Assembly: GCF_001194135.2 (NCBI RefSeq)
Contig: NC_069003.1
Location: 21,760,493 to 21,800,435 of the forward strand
DNA: 39,943 nucleotides
Direction: 5' to 3'
Origin: Octopus bimaculoides
Lineage: Eukaryota
Position 1 is the stretch's first letter. Every line of letters starts with the position of its first letter. Positions 33,176-39,943 of the stretch are shown piece by piece. The translations under genes were made by a program, and so were the position numbers. The notes under the pieces are model-generated. The model was given only the letters and a program-made list of their open reading frames with translations. It did no database searches and was not told the DNA's origin.

Positions 33176-33719
33176 CACACACACACATAAATACTTGCAT
33201 GTGTATTGTAGATACATACACTCATATATGCAGACACACACACACTCACACACACACATACATATGAATACACTCTTTCACATACACTCTCCAATACATA
33301 CATACACAGTCACACATACTTCTTTCTATGCACTCACTCACAAACAGACACACACACACACGCAATCTTCTCATACACTCACACATTGACATATGTGCAT
33401 ATACCCATACACACACACACACATACAATGGTATGCTCTACATCAATTCTGATGGAATTTTTTAATGGCATTCCTCAGAATTGTGGTTCCACTGTAATTT
33501 TTCTTCAACTTACCTCACCCCCAAACCACTTGCAACTTATTCTCATTTTTTCCATCCATTTATCGAAAGGGTATTTGTTGAATAACTTCATGCTATTTAT
33601 ATATATATATATATATATATACATATATACACTGTCTGGACACACAGACTCAGTGTGTAGATGCTGACCGGGTAGATACTGTGTGTGGATGATGACTAGA
33701 GAGATGGACAGACACAGCA

Positions 33720-33786
<67 letters not shown>

Positions 33787-33800
33787 ACATGCGTGTATTT
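33000..33800. repeat. Compound (CA)n/(TA)n/(TG)n microsatellite block
   Basis: Direct inspection; pure (TG)n at 33723-33782. Confidence 0.85.
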
Positions 33801-33964
33801 GTGCATGTGAATATCTGTATCTAGTTCATATAATTATAAAGATCCTTTAAAACAATTGTAATGCAAGAAGGCTTTAAAAATATTCAGTGTAATCCAAAAA
33901 ATAGCCTTCAGTTGTACACAAGAGCAAACACTTATTTCATACATACATAGGTATACATATATAT

Positions 33965-34130
33965 AGGCACAGGCATGGGTGTGTGGTAAGAAGTTTGCTG
34001 CCCAACCACATGGTTCCGGGTTCAGTCCCACTACATGGCACCTTGGGCAAGTGTCTTCTACTATAGTCTCGGGCTGACCTAAGCCTTGTGAGTGGATTCG
34101 GTAGACGGAAACTGAAAGAAGCCCATCGTA

Positions 34131-34177
<47 letters not shown>

Positions 34178-34993
34178 TAAAAGATGCAGGTAAGGAAATA
34201 ATTTTATTCTCAAATGCAGGATAATGATAATAATATAGCATGAACAAGATAGACTACCCATATTTTGCAGAAAAATCTGTTGGCAGCAAGCCATGAGACT
34301 CAAACTCACATCCCTGTGATTACGCATCAGGTGCTTTACCATTAAACTAAACTACCCAGCGACAAATTCTTCTGCAATTTTAGGATATATAAATCTAGCT
34401 TTATAAGATGCTATCGTACATTAAATTCAACTTATATTGAAAGTCAACAAACAGAGTTTGCTTTAGAAGCATTGAGATGTATTGAAAGATACAGAAAAGG
34501 AAATAATTTTATTCTCAACTGCAGAATAATGCTAATGATATAGCACAGACAGGATAAACTATCTATAGTTTATCCTGCAGAAGAATTTGTCGCTGGGCAG
34601 TTTAGCCTAATGGTTACAGGGATGTGAGTTCAAGTCTCATGGCTGGCTGCTGACAGATTTTTCTGCTAAATATGGATTGTTTATCCTGTTTGTGCTATAT
34701 TATTATCATTATCCTCCGGTTGAGAATAAAATTATTTCCTTATCTGTATCTTTCAATGTAAGTTGAATTTAACATATACATGTATGGATTTGTGTGTGTG
34801 TCTGTGTTTGTTCCCTCACCGTTGCTTGACAACCAATGTCGGTGTGTTTACATCCCTGTAACTTATTGGTTCAGCAAAAAAGACTGATAGAATTAGTACT
34901 AGGCTTACAAAGAATAAGTCCTGGGGTCAATTTGTTTGGCTAAAGACAGTGCTCCAGCATGGCTACAGTTAAATGACTGAAACAACTAAAAGA
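33965..34993 (+). mobile_element. SINE M (head 33965-34129, tail 34800-34993) split by a palindromic insertion
   Basis: Head and tail as at 1327-1730. Confidence 0.8.
34175..34772. repeat. Complex fold-back repeat: unit A(+) 34175-34376, partial B(+) 34421-34560, C(-) 34561-34772; contains tRNA-like cassettes
   Basis: AAGGAAATAATTTTATTCTCAA occurs twice forward and once reversed; TGCAGAAGAATTTGTCGCTGGG occurs in both orientations. Confidence 0.85.
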
Positions 34994-35015
34994 ATATATA
35001 TATATATATACATAC

Positions 35016-35156
35016 AGGCTCAAGTGTGGATGTGTGGTAAGAAATTTGCTTCCCAGCCACATGGTTCCAGGTTCAATCCTGCTGCATGGCACCTGGGGCA
35101 AGTGTCTCCTACTATAGCTTCAGGTGAGTGGGTTTGGTGGAGGGAAACTGAAAGAG
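35016..35156 (+). mobile_element. SINE M head
   Basis: GTGTGGTAAGAAATTTGCTTCCCAGCCACATGGTTCCAGGTTCAATCC. Confidence 0.8.
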
Positions 35157-35307
35157 GTGTGTGTGTGTGTGTGCGTGTGCGTGTGTGTGTGCGTGTGCGT
35201 GTGTGTGTGTGTGTTGCACTGGGGCACCAACTGCTAGCTATTGCTTTATCAGACTTACATGAGGCTTATAATGGAGTCTATTTTCTTTCTACGGTCATTA
35301 TAAACTA

Positions 35308-36410
35308 TCAGGCTGAGTAAAAAAAGTAAGCAACGTTTTGAAACATGAACTTCATTACAATATATTTCAACAATGAGGGAATTTTATTCATCAAAGTAAG
35401 TACCATTACGATGAACACATTTTTGCCAATGAGTTACAAGTTTATTTATTCCGGTAACATAAGAATCTGGGGTTCTGGAGTTGATGAACTCTTTGAATGT
35501 ACTTTCAGCATCGGTTTGATTTTTGAACTCCTTCTTTCACAGGAAACCATCAAGGTGCTTGAAAAAGTGGTAGTCGGTAGGAGAAAGGTCTGGGGAATAA
35601 GCTGGGTGGGGAAGAACTTTGTAGCCAAGTTCCCTCAACTTCAGGAGCATCATTAATGAAACATCTGGTCGAGCCTTGACATGAAGAATGATTGACCCTC
35701 TTCTGTTGACCAGTCTGGACGGAGGAGTAGCAGTTTTACATTCATTTTGGCAATTTCATGGCAATATGCTTCTGCAGTAATGGTTTTTCTGGGTTGTAAG
35801 AAGTTATAGTGCATGAGTCCAGCAGTACACCACCAAATAATCACTATAACCTTCATTTTGAAGAGTTCAGGTTTAGGGAAGGTTTTTGGTGCTTCATTTG
35901 GTCCACCCACTGCGAAGAACATTTTTTATTATTGTACAGAAACCACTTTTCATCACAAGTTACAATATGGTTGAGAAATGGATCGGTTTGATTACGGAGA
36001 AGCAACAAGCAAATTTCATATCTGTGCATCTTCTGATTTTCATTCAAATCATGTGGTCCTCATATGTCAAGCTTTTTAGATTTTCAGATCGCATGCAAAT
36101 GGTTGCAGGCAGTTTGGAGTATTTTTTGCCAGTTTTCAAGTGGTTTTACATGCATTTTTCTCAATGATAGTCTTTAATTGATTGTCATCAATGACAGATG
36201 GGCGTCCACTATGCTCACGATCTTCATGGCTCAGGTCTCACTGCAAAATCGTTTAAACCATTTTTGAGCTGACCGCTCATTGGTCATTTTCCTCACCAAA
36301 CGTTTTGCTGATATCGTGAACTTTCAGCTGCTTTATGTCCTTTTTTGAAGTTGAATAGCAAAATTGCTTGAATATCGTGCTTTGACAATTCCATTTCAGA
36401 TGATTGTAAC
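35308..36410 (-). mobile_element. Mariner transposon 3; one TIR seen (TA-TCAGGCTGAGTAAA), 5' end lost under a SINE
   Basis: TA at 35306-35307 downstream of the transposase stop. Confidence 0.8.
35384..36394 (-). pseudogene. Mariner transposase pseudogene
   Basis: MELSKHDIQAILLFNFKKG..; FLNHIVTCDEKWFLYNN; KVIVIIWW; VLPHPAYSPDLSPTDYHFFKHLD; GTYFDE*; multiple frameshifts. Confidence 0.92.
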
Positions 36411-36411
36411 A

Positions 36412-36775
36412 ACGGTTGTCAAGCAGTGATGGGAGGACAAGCACACACACACACACACACACATACAACAGACTTCTTTCAGTTTCTTTCTACCCATAGG
36501 GTTTTGATCAGCCTATGGCTATATAGAAGACACTTGCCCAAGGTGCCATTGCAGTGGGACTGAACCTGAAACCATGTGGTTGGGAAGCAAGCTTCTTACC
36601 ACACAGCCACATGCTAGCATGGACTGGACAGTTTGACAGGATACAAGTCAAAGAGCCACATTGTTCTCCACTATTTACTTTGGTATGATTTCTGCAGCTG
36701 AATGCCCTTCCTAATGCCAACCACTTTAAGAGTGCATACTGTGCTTTGTTTACATACCACAAGCACCGATGAGGT
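36412..36775 (-). mobile_element. SINE M (36412-36612) adjoining a degenerate RTE R1 tail (36612-36775)
   Basis: Family motifs on the minus strand. Confidence 0.75.
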
Positions 36776-36914
36776 GGCCATGGAACTTGTGAGACTACAA
36801 AGCCCCAGAGAGACAGCTTTATGTTAGAAGTATAAGAGGAAAAAAGCAGAATAAGATTGGTTTCTTGCTGAAGAGAAGTTACATGGTAACTCACATTTTA
36901 GAAAAGCAGCTGTA

Positions 36915-37017
36915 GGTCTGGTGATGGGGGTGGGTATTATGGTGGAATTGTGAAGACTTTAAGCTGTGGTGATATAGTGATGGACTTGTAGTGGTTGTTG
37001 TCAAAGAGGTGTTGTTG

Positions 37018-37049
<32 letters not shown>

Positions 37050-37265
37050 GATGGGAATGGTGGAGGTTACCATAAAGGCGTTGTGGGTAGTAGTGAGAGG
37101 GTTTGTGAACGGCATGGTGGTGGCTGTTGACACACTGAGGTGTTGGTGATAATGGTGGCAATGGTATGAGGCTGTGGAGGTTGTCATGAAGATGTTGTTA
37201 TTGTTGTTGTTGTGTGTTCCATTGGTGGAGGAGGTTGTCATAAAGGTGTTGGAAGCAATGGGATA
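36915..37265. repeat. (GGT/GTT)n-rich trinucleotide low-complexity tract with a recurring ~22-nt motif
   Basis: GGAGGTT(G/A)(T/C)CAT(A/G)AAG x3. Confidence 0.8.
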
Positions 37266-37850
37266 AACAGGCAAGAAAAAGAATATTTTTCAAAAAAAAA
37301 AAAAAATGACTAAAAGTAAGAAAATAAAATCCAGAAAAATTGAGGAATTAATGAAGAGATTTAAATTAGATTTTAAATGACAGCCAAGAATTGGCCATCA
37401 GCAATGGAAAACAAAAGACACCACATTATTGACAACATCTTCATCAATAAAACAATGAAAAAATGTAGATGCAGTTATTCATTATGTTTGAAATAGCAGC
37501 CAATCAACTCTCCTTCAAATCACACCTCACCATCTATAAAAAAAAAATGAAGGACACATTAGATAACATATTCCTATATAGACTGTGTTTGAAGAATAAA
37601 AATGAAAACAGAATGGTATTGTCATGGACAGAATGTCTTTGATGAAAGCCAGTAGAAGTAACTTCTTAACCACACTGCAAACCTGTAAACTGTTTACACA
37701 GTTTATTACAGAAGCCATTTGTAATATTTTATATGCATCACAAGATGGCTGTCTTGGAAGTAGCAGGAAGAGGAGATCACCACAGGCAGTGTGTAGTAGT
37801 AGCCTCATTAATATAAAGAAATATGCCTCCAGTTTTGTATTTTCAAATGA

Positions 37851-38171
37851 ACTGGCATTCTCTCAGTAATGAGGGTTCCAGTTGATCTGATCAATGGAAG
37901 AGCGCCTGCTTGTGGAATCAACATGCATGTGGCTGAGCACTCCACAGACATGTGTACCCTTAAAGTAGTTCTCAGGAATATTCAGCATGACACAGAATAG
38001 GACAAGACTGACCCTTTGAAATACAGGCACAGCTCATTTTTGCTAGCTGAGTGAAACTGGAGCTACGTGAAATAAAGTGTTTTACCGAAGGACAAAATGC
38101 ATCACCAGGTATTGAACTCACAACCATATGACTGTGAGTCAAATACCCTAGCTACTTAGTCACATACCTTC
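37851..38171 (-). mobile_element. SINE: CORE-like body (as at 7990) with tail domain B (as at 3566)
   Basis: AACACTTTATTTCACGTAGCTCCAGTTTCACTCAGCT body; GTACCCTTAAAGTAGTTCTCAGG tail. Confidence 0.8.
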
Positions 38172-38265
38172 ACTATGAAAAATACAAAATTTGAAAATCA
38201 AACAGATAATGATGTAACCACTTACACTTGCTCAAATGAGACACACACACACTCATACACACACT

Positions 38266-38309
<44 letters not shown>

Positions 38310-38317
38310 ATAAAAGT

Positions 38318-38560
38318 ATCACCATCAATTTAATGTCTATTTTTCCATGCTTGCTTGGGTCAAGCAATTTAATGAGGCACATTTTTCTACAGCCAGATGT
38401 CCATCCTGTTGCGAACCCTCAATTGTTTCCAATCCAAGGTAATATTTCCCTTGGTCAGACATGTTTTCACAAAAGATGAGAAATGAAGGACACCACACAT
38501 GTAACAGTGACACTCACCTCCAACCGCAATGCTATGCCAACACAAAGTGACACAAACATG
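38318..38560 (-). mobile_element. SINE-type 3' region ending in an RTE-like tail (related pieces at 30935-31000 and 31691-31850)
   Basis: Minus strand GAGGGTTCGCAACAGGATGGACATCTGGCTGTAGAAAA...AAGCATGGAAAATAGACATTAAA. Confidence 0.6.
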
Positions 38561-38617
38561 CATATATATATATATATACACACATATATATATATATACA
38601 TGACAGGTGTCTTTTGA

Positions 38618-38676
38618 ACATTATTTACATTTGACGGATATTTGTCTTCATCTTGTTTGTTGTTAACACAAGTTTT
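38618..38676 (-). mobile_element. Short fragment of the PLE pLTR repeat seen at 16272-16656
   Basis: TTATTTACATTTGACGGATATTTGTCTTCATCTTGTTTGTTGTTAACACAA matches 16316-16367. Confidence 0.8.
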
Positions 38677-38696
38677 CACAGAGGTAAAGTGGCTGA

Positions 38697-38947
38697 GTGC
38701 TGGGTCTCATGGCGGCAATGACCAAAACCTTTGGCATTATGTCGTGCTTGAGAAGAAGACCTATCAAGTCAAGGGAAATCACAGTCGTGGCAGATTCCAG
38801 TTTCACACAAATGGCACCCATGCCGGTGGTATGTAAAAGGACCCATTACATACTTGGAATCTGGTGCAGCCTTCCTGCTTGCCAGCCCCAGTCAAACCAT
38901 CCAATCCATGCCAGCATGGACAACAGATGTTAAATAATGATGATGAT
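38697..38947 (+). mobile_element. RTE R1 3' end with internal deletion and (GAT)n tail
   Basis: CTTGAGAAGAAGACC (ORF end) ... CCATGCCAGCATGG..GTTAAATAATGATGATG. Confidence 0.75.
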
Positions 38948-39069
38948 ATATATATATATATNNNNNNNNNNNNNNNNNNNNNNNNNNNNNNNNNNNNNNN
39001 NNNNNNNNNNNNNNNNNNNNNNNNNNNNNNNNNNNNNNNNNNNNNNNNNNNNNNNNNNNNNACACACAC

Positions 39070-39100
<31 letters not shown>

Positions 39101-39608
39101 TATATATATATGCAGACATATATTGATGTATCTAAATCTATGGGTATATGTGATGTGTGAGGGCAGGTAGGGGGACAGAAATACCTAAATAGGGAATCAA
39201 TGAAAAAGAGATTTCACTTTATATAGAAGAAATGGAGTAAAATATAGAAAATAAAGTGTTAATTTGCAGCTCATACTTATTTCTGGCTTATGTATGCAAG
39301 CACATGTGTAACACTGTATCTATGTAAGAAGATATGTAAGTACGCATGCACACATGTGCATGTGCATACATATATCCTTATACATACATATATAAATATA
39401 TATATATATATACATGTGCGTGTGTTATAAGTATATATATATATATATATATAAATGTGTGTGTGTGTATGTATATGTGTATACCTATACCACCTGAGCA
39501 TTACATTATAGTTATCTGTGGAGTACTCGACCACTTTGCATAATGATTCTATTAAAAGTTTTCAGTTAAGTCTCAGCTCAAATCACCTCCAAAGCAAAAT
39601 CAACTTTA

Positions 39609-39943
39609 ATCATCATCATCATCATCATTTAACGTCCGCTTTCCATGCTGGTATGGGTTGGATGATTTGACTGAGGACTGGCAAGCCAGAAGGCTGCACC
39701 AGGCTCCAATCTAATCTGACAGAGTTTCTATAGCTGGATGCCCTTCCTAACGCCAACTGCTCCAAGAGTGTAGTGGGTGCTTTTACATGCCACCGGCATG
39801 AAGGCCAGTCAGGCGGTACTGGCAACAGCCACGCTCAAATGGTGTTTTTTACGTGCCACCTGCACAGGAGCCAGTCCTACAGCACTGACCTCACTCGAAT
39901 GTCTTTTCACGTGGCACCGGCACAAGTGCCAGTAAGGCAACAT
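39609..39943 (-). mobile_element. RTE R1 3' end, runs off window end
   Basis: Nearly colinear with 23199-23540. Confidence 0.88.

Overview
This is AT-rich, repeat-saturated eukaryotic DNA with 7 assembly gaps (about 2.3 kb of N) and no intact gene, prophage, CRISPR array or rRNA. The SINE families and the dense (TA)n/(CA)n/(AAT)n/(GAT)n microsatellites resemble octopus (coleoid cephalopod) genomic DNA; this species call is an inference from remembered repeat families, not from a search. The content is mainly decayed mobile DNA: three mariner transposons, two RTE-group LINE families, two R4/Dong-like RLE retrotransposon ends, an L1/Tx1-like fragment, several modular tRNA-derived SINE families and MITE-like fold-backs. 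The most notable signals are: (i) Penelope-type minimal hammerhead ribozyme motifs, as an inverted pair in a 9-bp-TSD insertion at 16272-16656 and a second, different motif cut off by a gap at 11469-11505; (ii) a (TAA)n-flanked chimera that looks like an internally deleted R4/Dong-like element; (iii) a tandemly amplified pseudoknot-like motif in the LINE 3' UTR; (iv) long palindromes, one carrying a tRNA-like cassette; and (v) a repeat-free island with a CTCF-like motif and CCAAT boxes. A few splice-bounded open segments may be exons of a host gene, but strand and identity cannot be resolved by eye. Repeat boundaries are approximate (about +/-10 nt) unless a TSD or TIR is quoted.
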